IMG/VR virus record: IMGVR_UViG_3300014656_000031
Span: 1-59,708 of that record
Strand: one strand, 5' to 3'
Source of the DNA: a virus
Lineage: Duplodnaviria; Caudoviricetes
Length of the DNA stretch: 59,708 nucleotides
Shown here: positions 16,363-26,399 of the stretch, piece by piece
Layout: each line of letters starts with the position of its first letter
Position numbering within the stretch: position 1 is the first letter of the stretch
Notes under the pieces: generated by a model
What the model saw: the letters and a program-made list of their open reading frames with translations, nothing else
Told to the model about the DNA's origin: nothing
Database searches by the model: none
Made by a program: the position numbers and the translations under genes

Positions 16363-17160
16363 TTAGTAAACTTTACGTCTAAATTTGTCTATATCAATCA
16401 CTGGAATGGCATAACCAGAAGGAGATAAATCAACCCATACTCTACTTACACCCTTTTTAATAAATGAATCATAGGCAACATTTTTCAGTCGGTTGATTAA
16501 TGCTGGTAATCCTTCTATATATCCATCTAATTGTCGTGTATTAAAAACCATTGGTTCATCATCATCTAAAACATTATAATCTACTGTGCTTGGTTGAGTG
16601 CCACATCTTAATCCAATACCATTGTCTAATATATAATCCATTACAAATCTTTCAAAGGAAGTTCTATAAGATTCTGAATGTTTTTGGCGTAATACATCTT
16701 CATCTAATTCAAACAAATCAAGATTAGTAGCGGCGAATTCAGCATGAACTAAATCAGCAAAATGTAAAATTTTACCACTTTTTAATATCCACCAAGAATC
16801 GTATTTTGGCTTACTAATAATTCTTGGCCGAGTTTTAATATTTTGTGACCAATAATCTTCAAAATTATCTTTTATGGGAGTTAAATAAATGGTTAAATTA
16901 AATGGTATAATATTCTTTAATTGTTGTTGATCTTGTATACTCAATTTTTCAGGAATTTTAGCAATATTGTTCCAATCAAATAACGATATCCCTTGACACA
17001 TTTCACATTGATAGGGTAATTTGTTAAAATTGTATTTAGTTATTAAAAACTGTTTAACATTATCTGGATAGTCTTCTACTTGAAAATTTACAGCGGCTCG
17101 ATGGTCACAATAAGGACAATCAATAATAGCATGCGGTTTCTCTATTAATAACTCTGTCAT
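16363..17160 (-). CDS. zinc ribbon fused to W-x-x-x-x-G...H family domain
   Basis: CPYC/CEMC; WWILKSGKIL..H..ILDNGIGLR. Confidence 0.65.
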   Translation of the reverse strand: MTELLIEKPHAIIDCPYCDHRAAVNFQVEDYPDNVKQFLITKYNFNKLPYQCEMCQGISLFDWNNIAKIPEKLSIQDQQQLKNIIPFNLTIYLTPIKDNFEDYWSQNIKTRPRIISKPKYDSWWILKSGKILHFADLVHAEFAATNLDLFELDEDVLRQKHSESYRTSFERFVMDYILDNGIGLRCGTQPSTVDYNVLDDDEPMVFNTRQLDGYIEGLPALINRLKNVAYDSFIKKGVSRVWVDLSPSGYAIPVIDIDKFRRKVY

Positions 17161-17214
17161 ATAAATATTTATGAAAGATGTTGATATTTTAGAATAAGAG
17201 TATAAATACTTTTA

Positions 17215-17658
17215 ATGAAAAAAGCCATATTATTTTTAAGTTTATGTATGTTATTATACTGTTCTGGATGTTCTGTATTATCTTATAAATCAAATGAAAG
17301 GTGTGTTTATAGAAAATACGCTTATACACGAAACACTGAACAATCAATTCGTGCTTTTACTACAGGCCAATATCATGAGTTAGGGCTTAATTTAGGAGCA
17401 CTAGATATTATATTTGACAGTTGGCAAACACTAAGCAAACAAGTAGCTGGAGCGGCTGCTGATGCAGGTGTAGCATATTTGTGTTATTTAGGAGTTCAAA
17501 AAATTAATAACGGTAATGGTAATGGTGATTACAGTAATAATTCTGTTGTTATTAATATTGATTCTACAAATAACGTTGGAGATATAACCATTATCTATAC
17601 TGTTGGAGACAAAAACAGACCCCAGTATTCAGAAAAATTTGAAGAGATAGCAAAATAG
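17215..17658 (+). CDS. putative lipoprotein, late
   Basis: signal peptide ending CSGC; TATAAATA at 17201-17208. Confidence 0.65.
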   Translation: MKKAILFLSLCMLLYCSGCSVLSYKSNERCVYRKYAYTRNTEQSIRAFTTGQYHELGLNLGALDIIFDSWQTLSKQVAGAAADAGVAYLCYLGVQKINNGNGNGDYSNNSVVINIDSTNNVGDITIIYTVGDKNRPQYSEKFEEIAK

Positions 17659-17667
17659 GAGAAATAT

Positions 17668-17997
17668 ATGTTTACATTCATAAAAAGAATTATAGCACTG
17701 TTTAAGTTTACATGGCTTTGTACAATAGTAAATAAAGGCATACAATCTTTAGCAGAAGCTGTTAATGCATTAGAAGAAATTAGAAAATTAGTAGAAGGTT
17801 CCCCACTAGGCGAAAAGGTGCTTCCTTATATTAATGCTCTATTGAATTTTGTAAGTTCATTAAAAATGGCTTTAGATTCAATTGCTCTATTAGTGTGTGA
17901 TGTCGCTATAGTTATACCTGAAGCAAAAACAACCAAGTCTACAATAGATACACTTAACAAATTATCTAAAGAGCTTCGTGAAATATCAGCCGCCTAA
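17668..17997 (+). CDS. helical hypothetical protein
   Basis: AGGAG RBS, 109 aa. Confidence 0.7.
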   Translation: MFTFIKRIIALFKFTWLCTIVNKGIQSLAEAVNALEEIRKLVEGSPLGEKVLPYINALLNFVSSLKMALDSIALLVCDVAIVIPEAKTTKSTIDTLNKLSKELREISAA

Positions 17998-18174
17998 TGA
18001 CCATGTGCTTGAACTGGGAGCATCTCCCTTTTTTGCACGCATGAAATAGGCGCCGCGAGCATCAGATTTAATTGAACCAGAAGGGTCTTTTTTTAATTGA
18101 CCCTTATTTTTTCCCTTTTTCTTGCGAGTGTTTTTTACTTTTTGAGCGTGTTTAAAAAATTTTCCAAAGTTCAT
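17986..18174 (-). CDS. small basic protein
   Basis: Lys-rich 62 aa, ATGA-coupled. Confidence 0.6.
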   Translation of the reverse strand: MNFGKFFKHAQKVKNTRKKKGKNKGQLKKDPSGSIKSDARGAYFMRAKKGDAPSSSTWSLGG

Positions 18175-18695
18175 AAATTAATAGCCCTCCCAATAAGAGA
18201 GTCTTGATATTTTGAACTAGCTTCTTTACCAATCTCATTAATCATAATACCGCGGACAATCTTAATTATTCTATCTCTGTTAGGTTTACCTTTACTATCA
18301 AAAAGATATAAAGGATCGGTTTCTCCAAATCCTGTATACTCTACCATATTCCTTATATACTTTTCAGTATCATTTTCTTCAGGAGGTGCCCAACGAGTTA
18401 TAATACCTCTAATAGTATTTAATCCATATTTTTGCTTATAAGTTTTTAACAGTTTTGTAACAGCCCGAATACCATAAACAGGTTGATCAAATTTAACAAA
18501 TTCTCTATTATCTCTAGAAGAACCTTTCCAATGATCACTAGTAGTTCTGATATTTCCTGGGTTGTTTAAGGAAGCACCAAGTGGTTCAGCTGAAGATTGC
18601 CCAGGAGATAGTGCAAGAGCACCAGCAAGAGCTAATGGAAGAAAGCGTCTTTCACTAATACACTGTAAATAAAGACTATCGAATCTGTTTGTCAT
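18171..18695 (-). CDS. virion-associated lysozyme-like protein (NNPGNIR family)
   Basis: NNPGNIR...YGIRA...TIRGIITRWAPPEENDT motifs. Confidence 0.75.
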   Translation of the reverse strand: MTNRFDSLYLQCISERRFLPLALAGALALSPGQSSAEPLGASLNNPGNIRTTSDHWKGSSRDNREFVKFDQPVYGIRAVTKLLKTYKQKYGLNTIRGIITRWAPPEENDTEKYIRNMVEYTGFGETDPLYLFDSKGKPNRDRIIKIVRGIMINEIGKEASSKYQDSLIGRAINL

Positions 18696-18831
18696 CAATA
18701 ATATTTATTGATTTATCAACAACTTCTGAAGCATTTTTATCAGGTTCTTTTTTAGTCCAATCGATTTTATCAAAATTATCAAACCATTTTCTAAAACTTG
18801 CAATTCGTGATTTATCACCTTTTCCGGCCAT
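18676..18831 (-). CDS. 51-aa phage protein (below cutoff)
   Basis: AGGAG RBS; MAGKGDKSR...FDNFDKIDW. Confidence 0.65.
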   Translation of the reverse strand: MAGKGDKSRIASFRKWFDNFDKIDWTKKEPDKNASEVVDKSINIIDDKQIR

Positions 18832-19453
18832 AAATTCTCCTATCATCATTCAAGTAATAACTTTCATAGGCCTTTAAAATCTTATGGGGCATTTTAGTAA
18901 ATGATCCATTAAGAGTTTTTGGCATCAGAGCCATAATATTTTTTGATTTGTTTGGTGGACATTCTGGTTTATACCACACTCTATATTTTCTAGCAAAATT
19001 ATAAAAGTATACATAGGCCGCTGCTGTTTTAATATATTGTTCTAAATTAATAGGAAGACCATTCTTTTTAATCATTTGAACTGTCATTCTTTCACATTCT
19101 AATTCTACATTACGAACTAATTCATGTGTTTTAGATAGTGTTTGTTCATTATATTTCTTGCCTAATATCCAATCAAAGAAAAAATCATCCTTTGGATAAT
19201 TCATATATTTTTTCCAATGCGGAGTTTTAAGTAAATATTGTATAAAATGATTATATTCGTGTAAAAATATTTCCCCCCATTTTTCTGCCTTTGATGCACA
19301 TTTTAATAATTTCTTTTGAACATCTAAAAATCCTTCTGCCATAGTTCCATCTCCATACATAATTTTCTTATGTGGGGAAAAAATACATTCAAAATCATTT
19401 TGAATAATTTCTTTTTTAGCGAGCTGTACAAACTTCCATAGTATTTTGTGCAT
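18815..19453 (-). CDS. putative zinc metallopeptidase
   Basis: FLHEYNH (HExxH) with downstream ELECE. Confidence 0.7.
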   Translation of the reverse strand: MHKILWKFVQLAKKEIIQNDFECIFSPHKKIMYGDGTMAEGFLDVQKKLLKCASKAEKWGEIFLHEYNHFIQYLLKTPHWKKYMNYPKDDFFFDWILGKKYNEQTLSKTHELVRNVELECERMTVQMIKKNGLPINLEQYIKTAAAYVYFYNFARKYRVWYKPECPPNKSKNIMALMPKTLNGSFTKMPHKILKAYESYYLNDDRRIYGRKR

Positions 19454-19455
19454 GA

Positions 19456-19917
19456 TTATTCTCCATCATAAGGAAATTTTACCCATACATCAGCTGAAAT
19501 TTCACGAACATAGTATTCTGGTTTAAATTTGCTACATGGTTTATAATAAATTGAAGCTGTATGAACATCCTTACAACCTCTTTTTTTAAGTTCATTTTCA
19601 ACAAAAGCAAATGTTTTCCCAGAGTCTGCAATATCATCAATAACCAAAACGTTTATATTTTGAACCGATCCGTCTAGTGGTTGATACATGATTGTATCTT
19701 TCTGCTGCTCTGTATTATCATACGTAGATATACCAATAGTGTAAATTCTAAGGATGTTTAGTGCGTATGAAACTATCTGTGCAGGAATTAATCCGCCACG
19801 AGCAATAGCAACAATAGCATCAGGAAAATCTAATACAGAAACCTTTTCTTTTATTTTATCAATTAATAGAGTACAATCTTTTATATAGGTGTCCCAATTT
19901 ATATTTTTATTTTTCAT
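19456..19917 (-). CDS. purine phosphoribosyltransferase (type I PRT)
   Basis: IARGGLIPA and VLVIDDIADSGKT PRPP loop. Confidence 0.9.
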   Translation of the reverse strand: MKNKNINWDTYIKDCTLLIDKIKEKVSVLDFPDAIVAIARGGLIPAQIVSYALNILRIYTIGISTYDNTEQQKDTIMYQPLDGSVQNINVLVIDDIADSGKTFAFVENELKKRGCKDVHTASIYYKPCSKFKPEYYVREISADVWVKFPYDGE

Positions 19918-19958
19918 ATTATAATGATATGAAATTTTTAGATAAATTCAAGATAATA

Positions 19959-20543
19959 CTAATTTAAATAATGTTTTATCTTCTCCGTGATTTTTTCTAT
20001 AACTGTTTTATTGCTCCAGTATGTTAGGTGGGCAGAAATAGGCCCAAACCCACCTTTAAAATAATAATTTTCAGCCGAGTCGATGTGATATGCCAGTAGA
20101 TCTTTTTTATTTATAATATTTAAAACAGGATAATTTCGGTGCTCGACGAGCATTTTAATTGTATCAAAACTGTTTTCTGTTCTTAAATATAAATCCCTTA
20201 TTAATGAATAAGGAGAGCCAAACACTATAGCCGGTTTATTTCTTATTATAGCTAGAATTGATCCGGCACTATGGCCTATATAAATATCAGCTTCTGGAAC
20301 AAATATATCTAATGGTTTAGTACAAACCGCATCAAAATCTTTTATTACTTCTATTATAAAAGCGCGAGCTTTTTTAATTAACCAATTATCTTTAAGAGGG
20401 GGGGTGGGGACATGTTGATTATCCCAATTAAAATAGTCTATTGAACATTGTGGAAATGCTTTTTTTAAATGTTTGATTAATTGTATTTTATTCGGATTGG
20501 TATGTATATGAAAACCAACTCCAGGTAAAATTACAATTTTCAT
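19959..20543 (-). CDS. alpha/beta hydrolase
   Basis: GHSAG nucleophile elbow, FGSP, D and C-terminal H. Confidence 0.75.
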   Translation of the reverse strand: MKIVILPGVGFHIHTNPNKIQLIKHLKKAFPQCSIDYFNWDNQHVPTPPLKDNWLIKKARAFIIEVIKDFDAVCTKPLDIFVPEADIYIGHSAGSILAIIRNKPAIVFGSPYSLIRDLYLRTENSFDTIKMLVEHRNYPVLNIINKKDLLAYHIDSAENYYFKGGFGPISAHLTYWSNKTVIEKITEKIKHYLN

Positions 20544-23500
20544 TATTTTGTACCAAAAAACCAAGCAATTATATAAAACCACCATTTCTTTTTAGGAACA
20601 GGTGGAGGAGGTGGTTCTGGATTTGGAGGATTATCTACAGCATCTTCTCTAATTAATTTAGCTACATCTGAAACTACACCATATCCCCACACATCATCTT
20701 TTCCGGTTACACCTTTATCATTTGCATACTTTTTAAGATGTTCGCGAACTTGCTCAACTGTTTTACAATCATTCTGACCTGTTACTGCTTCTTGATCACG
20801 GTGTTTAGCTAAAAGCAATGCTATAACACCTGACATGAATGGAGTGCTCATTGAATTATGTACAATTAATCCTTCAGCAACAAAATTATGATTGTCTTCA
20901 ATAGTCAAATCATATACCACGTCTTCTTTGTTCACATTAATTTCCTTAATTCTCTCGAAAATTATATCTGTAGTTCTTAAATATTTTTCAAAAGAATTAA
21001 TATACTTCTCATTTTTTTCAATACATGGTATACGATTCATTAAAAACTTTTTATATTTATCATCAAAAATTGTAATAGAGTCTTCAAAATTTTTAATCTG
21101 TGAGGAAACTGAAGCATATGAATTATATGTTTTTCCATTATTTGGATTTAAATTAAATTTAGTAGTTTCTCTTTCGATAAAATTGGCAAATTTCAATCCA
21201 ATCATATTACACAAACAAATAATGTCTAATAATAAGTTTTTGTTGCAAAGCTCAAATCCAAGATTTCCGTTACTGCCTATCCATCCATCAGTATCTATTA
21301 ATCCAGATAAAAATCTGATCTTTTGTTGTTTTGGAAGTGCATATACCCAATACGGTATTCTTTTAGTATGTGACGTTTCAAACAAATCTAATTCTTTAAA
21401 AATGTTTGCCAAATACTCAGAATATATAAACAAATCTCCCGACTCTCTTATAGAAATTGGTAAATTGAAAGCTTTTTCAAATAAATTAGCATAATTTAAA
21501 GGCAGATCCTTATTTTGCTGTTTATATCCGTATCTAACACATAATCCTAATCCCGCAAGCCCTGTTGCAGCAAATTTATTTGTATGAATATACCCATCAC
21601 CCAAAAATGCTCCAATAAATTGACAAAACTCATCTGTAATTTTAATAGAATTTAATGGTATATTAGATTGTGAGGTTTGTTTTAAATAATTGGTCAATTC
21701 TATATGTTTATATTCAAGCGCTTTGTTAATACTATTAATTGTATTTTGTGAAGTATAATTAATTTGTTTAACAGTTGCAATCTTGTCATTATCTGTTAAT
21801 TCTGCAACAGTTTTCCATTTTAACTCATTTTTATCTTTTACCAAAAACGGGTGATTATCTGTTGCTTTGATAGTAGAGTGGTCTGTTATTATTTCAAAAA
21901 GTTGTTTAATTCCGTTGTTTTTAGTTTCAATTACTTTTTTATTCTCTATTTTGTGTGTTTGTTCATTAAGACAAAAAACTTCTTCCCCTACTACAACATC
22001 TTCTATATTTTTTAAGCCGGTAACAGTATAAACTTTAGTTCCTTTAGCTAAACACGTACCGCTCAATACAGCATACTCATGATTCAACCAGGTAGAATAA
22101 ATATCTACACCAGGTGCACTAAATTCAGCTTCATTTCCTGTTGAGTTAAATGACGCCGGGTTATCATTTTTATCAAATGCTGTAACACAAATAGTTTCAG
22201 GATATTTGGCTGGATAATTTATAGAATTTCCTCTTCCATCATTACCGGCGGCGCAGACTAAAGAAATATTAGCCTCGTATAATTTCTTTATAATATTGTG
22301 CATTCGAGTTGTACCAGAAGGTGCACCTAAACTCATTGAAATTATATGTGGTTTAATTTGAAGAGCATATTCAAGTGCGTCACAAATACCTTCCATATCA
22401 CCAGAACCTTCAGTGTCTAGCACCTTCACCGCAATCAATTTACACTGTGGAGCAACACCCACACAGCCAATTTCATTATTGCGAGCACCTATAATTCCCT
22501 GACAGTGTGTATTGCTAGCTATTATACCATTTGCAATATAATTATTACTATTTTCAACAGTAAAATCATATAGATATCCTTTGTAATATTCTTTTTGAAT
22601 ATCTAGTATTTTATACACTTTATGAATTTTTGTGTGGCCTTTATTAAGTGCTTCTTTTTTTCTTGTTATTGTGATATATTTTTTTAATAAATCAGATCCG
22701 TCTTTAAATTTTACTTGCCACATTTCACAACCAACATCACAAAATTTATTTGGATGAGCTTTATTATGTATTATTGATACTGATGGCATACCAATTGTAA
22801 CTAAAAACAATCTTAAATTTTCTATAAATTCTTTACAACTAGATACAATCTTGATTCTGCCGTCTGCTTTAGAAACATAACCATCCCCATCTATTAATCC
22901 AGCAATAAATGACATACAAACTGTAAGCGGTGATTTTGTAATTAATTGTGGGATTTGGATTCTTTTTGTTTTATTGCCTGATGGAATTAATTGTGTTATA
23001 ATAGACCACCATTTTTTATTGTTAAAATATACTCTCGTTTTATTATTTTTGAAGGAATATGTTAAACAATTAATTCCTAGTTTATTACATATCTTTTCAA
23101 ATCTAACAATCACTTCTTTATTTTCATTGCATTGATCTAGATCTATTCGATACTGAGCATTTTTTCCAGTCCATATATGTCCATCTGTTAAAATAATTCC
23201 TAAAAACCAAGCAAAATCTTCATCTAAAATTATTTTTTCATTATCATATTCTATATATCTGTATTCTGTTGCGGGAGTCATGCATGTTGAATTTCTTATT
23301 AAATTATCTCCAATTTTGAGTTGATCCGCATTAATTTTCTTAACTGTAAATCCTGATCCTCTAGATGTGTTGATATACATAGGATGCCATGGTGTTAATG
23401 CAATAGATAGTGGAAATTTTTTATTTGCACCATATAACACTCTAATTAATTCACCATTATATTTAATTCGATGTACAGCTTGAATTTTTTGTAATGTGTG

Positions 23501-23926
23501 TTGTTTATTATAATAAGATATTGTTTTTATGTTTTTGTCTGAAATATCTTTTATTACAGAATCGTTTGTGACTCCAATATTATTAGAATCTATATTGTCA
23601 AATAACGTTTCTATTTTTTGTAATCCACAAAAATTTGTAAATATTTTAGTATCAGCAGTTACACAACTATGCCCGTTATAATCTGTAACAATTGGTTCAT
23701 AACTTACAAAAGATCTACAAGAATCTTTAATTACAGCATTGCCTAGATCTGGATGATCTGAATACCCCGTATCAATAACCATTACAACAATATTGTCACC
23801 TTGTGTAATAGTCCATGTTTGTGGTACATTTAGTTGAGAAATTCCCCAGCCCATACTCTGTGATAAAGTATGAACTACTTTTAAAACTTTATAAGGCGGT
23901 AATCGAACAGGATTGTTTCTATTCAT
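20543..23926 (-). CDS. subtilisin (S8) serine peptidase with two inteins
   Basis: VIDTG, NGHS|TH, AAGN, SGT|SMSTP; spliced product about 342 aa. Confidence 0.92.
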   Translation of the reverse strand: MNRNNPVRLPPYKVLKVVHTLSQSMGWGISQLNVPQTWTITQGDNIVVMVIDTGYSDHPDLGNAVIKDSCRSFVSYEPIVTDYNGHSCVTADTKIFTNFCGLQKIETLFDNIDSNNIGVTNDSVIKDISDKNIKTISYYNKQHTLQKIQAVHRIKYNGELIRVLYGANKKFPLSIALTPWHPMYINTSRGSGFTVKKINADQLKIGDNLIRNSTCMTPATEYRYIEYDNEKIILDEDFAWFLGIILTDGHIWTGKNAQYRIDLDQCNENKEVIVRFEKICNKLGINCLTYSFKNNKTRVYFNNKKWWSIITQLIPSGNKTKRIQIPQLITKSPLTVCMSFIAGLIDGDGYVSKADGRIKIVSSCKEFIENLRLFLVTIGMPSVSIIHNKAHPNKFCDVGCEMWQVKFKDGSDLLKKYITITRKKEALNKGHTKIHKVYKILDIQKEYYKGYLYDFTVENSNNYIANGIIASNTHCQGIIGARNNEIGCVGVAPQCKLIAVKVLDTEGSGDMEGICDALEYALQIKPHIISMSLGAPSGTTRMHNIIKKLYEANISLVCAAGNDGRGNSINYPAKYPETICVTAFDKNDNPASFNSTGNEAEFSAPGVDIYSTWLNHEYAVLSGTCLAKGTKVYTVTGLKNIEDVVVGEEVFCLNEQTHKIENKKVIETKNNGIKQLFEIITDHSTIKATDNHPFLVKDKNELKWKTVAELTDNDKIATVKQINYTSQNTINSINKALEYKHIELTNYLKQTSQSNIPLNSIKITDEFCQFIGAFLGDGYIHTNKFAATGLAGLGLCVRYGYKQQNKDLPLNYANLFEKAFNLPISIRESGDLFIYSEYLANIFKELDLFETSHTKRIPYWVYALPKQQKIRFLSGLIDTDGWIGSNGNLGFELCNKNLLLDIICLCNMIGLKFANFIERETTKFNLNPNNGKTYNSYASVSSQIKNFEDSITIFDDKYKKFLMNRIPCIEKNEKYINSFEKYLRTTDIIFERIKEINVNKEDVVYDLTIEDNHNFVAEGLIVHNSMSTPFMSGVIALLLAKHRDQEAVTGQNDCKTVEQVREHLKKYANDKGVTGKDDVWGYGVVSDVAKLIREDAVDNPPNPEPPPPPVPKKKWWFYIIAWFFGTK
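20855..22054 (-). mobile_element. intein 2 with LAGLIDADG endonuclease (400 aa)
   Basis: CLAKGT...TDNHPF...LSGLIDTDG...VYDLTI..NHNF..IVHN/S. Confidence 0.92.
22511..23665 (-). mobile_element. intein 1 with LAGLIDADG endonuclease (385 aa)
   Basis: CVTADT...TPWHP...IAGLIDGDG...LYDFTV..NNYIANGIIASN/T. Confidence 0.9.
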
Positions 23927-24582
23927 TATTTGTATGTCCCTACAACCGATTCTATTATTAAACTGGCAGAATTTAATTGTTTTTTAGCAATTTCTATAAT
24001 TTCTTCAGATGGTGGATCTATATAGCTTACTGTAATAAATCCCCATACTAACTTACGATCTAAATCTAATAATGGTCGAGTAACCATAACTTTAATTGCC
24101 TGTCTTTCCAATAATCCTCTAAAAGCACTATATTCAAGATCATCAGTATGAATAACAATGGAATCATTACTGTTTAACATAAGACCGATGAATACAGGAA
24201 CTGCAGCAATAGGAATATTTTGACAATTTAATAATTCTTTTGAAACGCCTGGCTGTGTAACTTCTTGAATATTACTATATTTCTTAAATGGAACAGATCC
24301 TGAAAACATTCCTGAATTATGAAATCTAAATAATCTTACTCGAGCTGCATCTGATTTAATTAATACTGAAAATAATAATTCCATAGTGTATTGATCTGTA
24401 TTTACATCAGATTTTAATGTAGACATATTAAATTCGTTATTTTTCATTCTATTATTTGTATATTGTTGAACAAAGGTGCTTCCTACTATAACAACACCAA
24501 TAAAAAACCATATTAAATGGGATGCGAAAAGCGCTTTAAACTCATCTTTAAATCGCGGTTTGTGCTTTGCTTGTGTCATCAT
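23926..24582 (-). CDS. single-TM protein with GAF-like domain, putative holin
   Basis: one N-terminal TM, then FRFHNSG...EVTQPGVS; architecture like T4 holin T. Confidence 0.5.
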   Translation of the reverse strand: MMTQAKHKPRFKDEFKALFASHLIWFFIGVVIVGSTFVQQYTNNRMKNNEFNMSTLKSDVNTDQYTMELLFSVLIKSDAARVRLFRFHNSGMFSGSVPFKKYSNIQEVTQPGVSKELLNCQNIPIAAVPVFIGLMLNSNDSIVIHTDDLEYSAFRGLLERQAIKVMVTRPLLDLDRKLVWGFITVSYIDPPSEEIIEIAKKQLNSASLIIESVVGTYK

Positions 24583-24613
24583 AATAGCCTCATTATTAAA
24601 TATTTATGAAAAT

Positions 24614-26389
24614 TTATTGTAATTTTTCTCCAAATATACGATTGCCTCTATTGGAATTTATTAACGCTACATCTGTATTATTAGCTATATTAGTCATAAG
24701 CATATATATTTCATACGTGTTAGTAGCATTAGAAGGCTTGAATGGATAATTTATAGACAAAGTATATACTTCAGTATTTTGTGCAATTTTATTAACGAAT
24801 GTATTTATTGGCGCAAACGATGTTCCATTTTCATATAATATTACCTGTATTCCTACAATAGATCCCGGAGCTCCACCAATCAATTCTAGTGTTAAGGTTA
24901 CTGTTAATTTTTGAAGATCAACTGATCCAGGGTGCCACTTATAATCACTAGAAGAATTGTATATATTATACGCATCATCAAGTTCATTTGAAAAAACTAT
25001 TTTAAGAGGAGTATTGGTAGGCAAGTGCACTATAGTACTAGGAGAAAGTGTTGCTAAAAACTTCCAGTAAAAACTTTGCAGTGTGCTCTCTGTAAGTGGA
25101 TAATCATGAATATAAGTTTCACCTTTAGCATCAATATAGAATGCAGAAATTAAATCAGAATGCGCTTCATATACAGCAAATCTTGTTGATCCGTGAGAAG
25201 AAACTGTGTGAGCAACAGGCTTCAATATACCAGGATCAGTTGTACTATATGCTCTAATCCAATAATATTCATCTACGTAAGAACCTACAGTAATATTAGT
25301 CTTCGTCCATCCAGCCATTAATGTATTATTGAAATATATATCCCCTGAAGTTGTAAAATTTGTTGTATGATCTGTTAAATCATGATCAGCTGTGGTTATA
25401 GTTGTCCAGGCTTCACCATTCCAGTATTCATACACCATTGTTAAACTAATACCATTAGTTATTAAATTGAAATAAAAAGTATTTGCCTTAGTTGCAGTAC
25501 CAATATAAAATGCACTATTTGTTGTTACAATTAATGGAATATTTCCAAAATCATGTGAATTAGCTGAAAAAGTTACATCATTAAATCCTGACGATGTTCC
25601 ACCAATTGCTCTGTTTGTCTGTGTTAAAAATTCATTTATTTTTCTAGGTGCAACTGTAAGAGAACTTTGTGGTAATTGTGCAGAAGCCAACATATACCAT
25701 GTGTCATTACTGCTATGGCCTCTTACTTCACCAAAAGAAATACCATATCCATATTTGTCAACATTAGTAACAGCTGTACCCACCATACCATGTTCTAAAT
25801 TTGTTATAAAAGTATTATTATCAAACGATGATTCAACTCTAAAAGTGTCAGTTGTTACAATAGGAGGCCCTGCATTAGTAACATAAATTCCATCTATTAC
25901 AATTCTGTATACACGAGATCGTTTAGCTGTATATTCACCGTGTGATTCCATTTCATCTGTGCCTATTGCTGTATAGGTATGATAATCTGCAATATTAATT
26001 CGTTTATTTATACCAAACCTGTCACTTTCAGAAACAACTAACATTGGATTTTTAGCTTCATAATTATACAAATATATGTACTGTGCTGCTTCTCCGGGGA
26101 ATATCAACCAATCCCAATGTGGAACTCCATCAATACCTAATGTATACCCAGCTTTACCAACATCTGTACTATCAATAAACAGTCCATTGTTATCATAAGC
26201 AAAAATATTTTCTCCGATAACATTTGTTCCAGATGTTATTCGGCCGGCAGGAACATTTGTTAGCCCTGCTGCATTGCCATAAAACATATTAGCGCGGATA
26301 TCACCAGGAAATACCCATTCTAGTGCTGTAGCCGACAAAGGCAATACACACATCATCAAAGCAGTTAAAAATAAAAGTATCTTGTTCAT
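24614..26389 (-). CDS. fibre-like beta-rich protein with signal peptide
   Basis: AGGAG RBS; MNKILLFLTALMMCVLPLSATA; YEYWNGEAW motif; Thr/Asn-rich. Confidence 0.65.
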   Translation of the reverse strand: MNKILLFLTALMMCVLPLSATALEWVFPGDIRANMFYGNAAGLTNVPAGRITSGTNVIGENIFAYDNNGLFIDSTDVGKAGYTLGIDGVPHWDWLIFPGEAAQYIYLYNYEAKNPMLVVSESDRFGINKRINIADYHTYTAIGTDEMESHGEYTAKRSRVYRIVIDGIYVTNAGPPIVTTDTFRVESSFDNNTFITNLEHGMVGTAVTNVDKYGYGISFGEVRGHSSNDTWYMLASAQLPQSSLTVAPRKINEFLTQTNRAIGGTSSGFNDVTFSANSHDFGNIPLIVTTNSAFYIGTATKANTFYFNLITNGISLTMVYEYWNGEAWTTITTADHDLTDHTTNFTTSGDIYFNNTLMAGWTKTNITVGSYVDEYYWIRAYSTTDPGILKPVAHTVSSHGSTRFAVYEAHSDLISAFYIDAKGETYIHDYPLTESTLQSFYWKFLATLSPSTIVHLPTNTPLKIVFSNELDDAYNIYNSSSDYKWHPGSVDLQKLTVTLTLELIGGAPGSIVGIQVILYENGTSFAPINTFVNKIAQNTEVYTLSINYPFKPSNATNTYEIYMLMTNIANNTDVALINSNRGNRIFGEKLQ

Positions 26390-26399
26390 ACATTTCTCC

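Noticed and set aside
17215-17997. Spanin pair
   Set aside because: Lipoprotein comes first and the second protein lacks a clear TM plus coiled-coil layout; not supportable.
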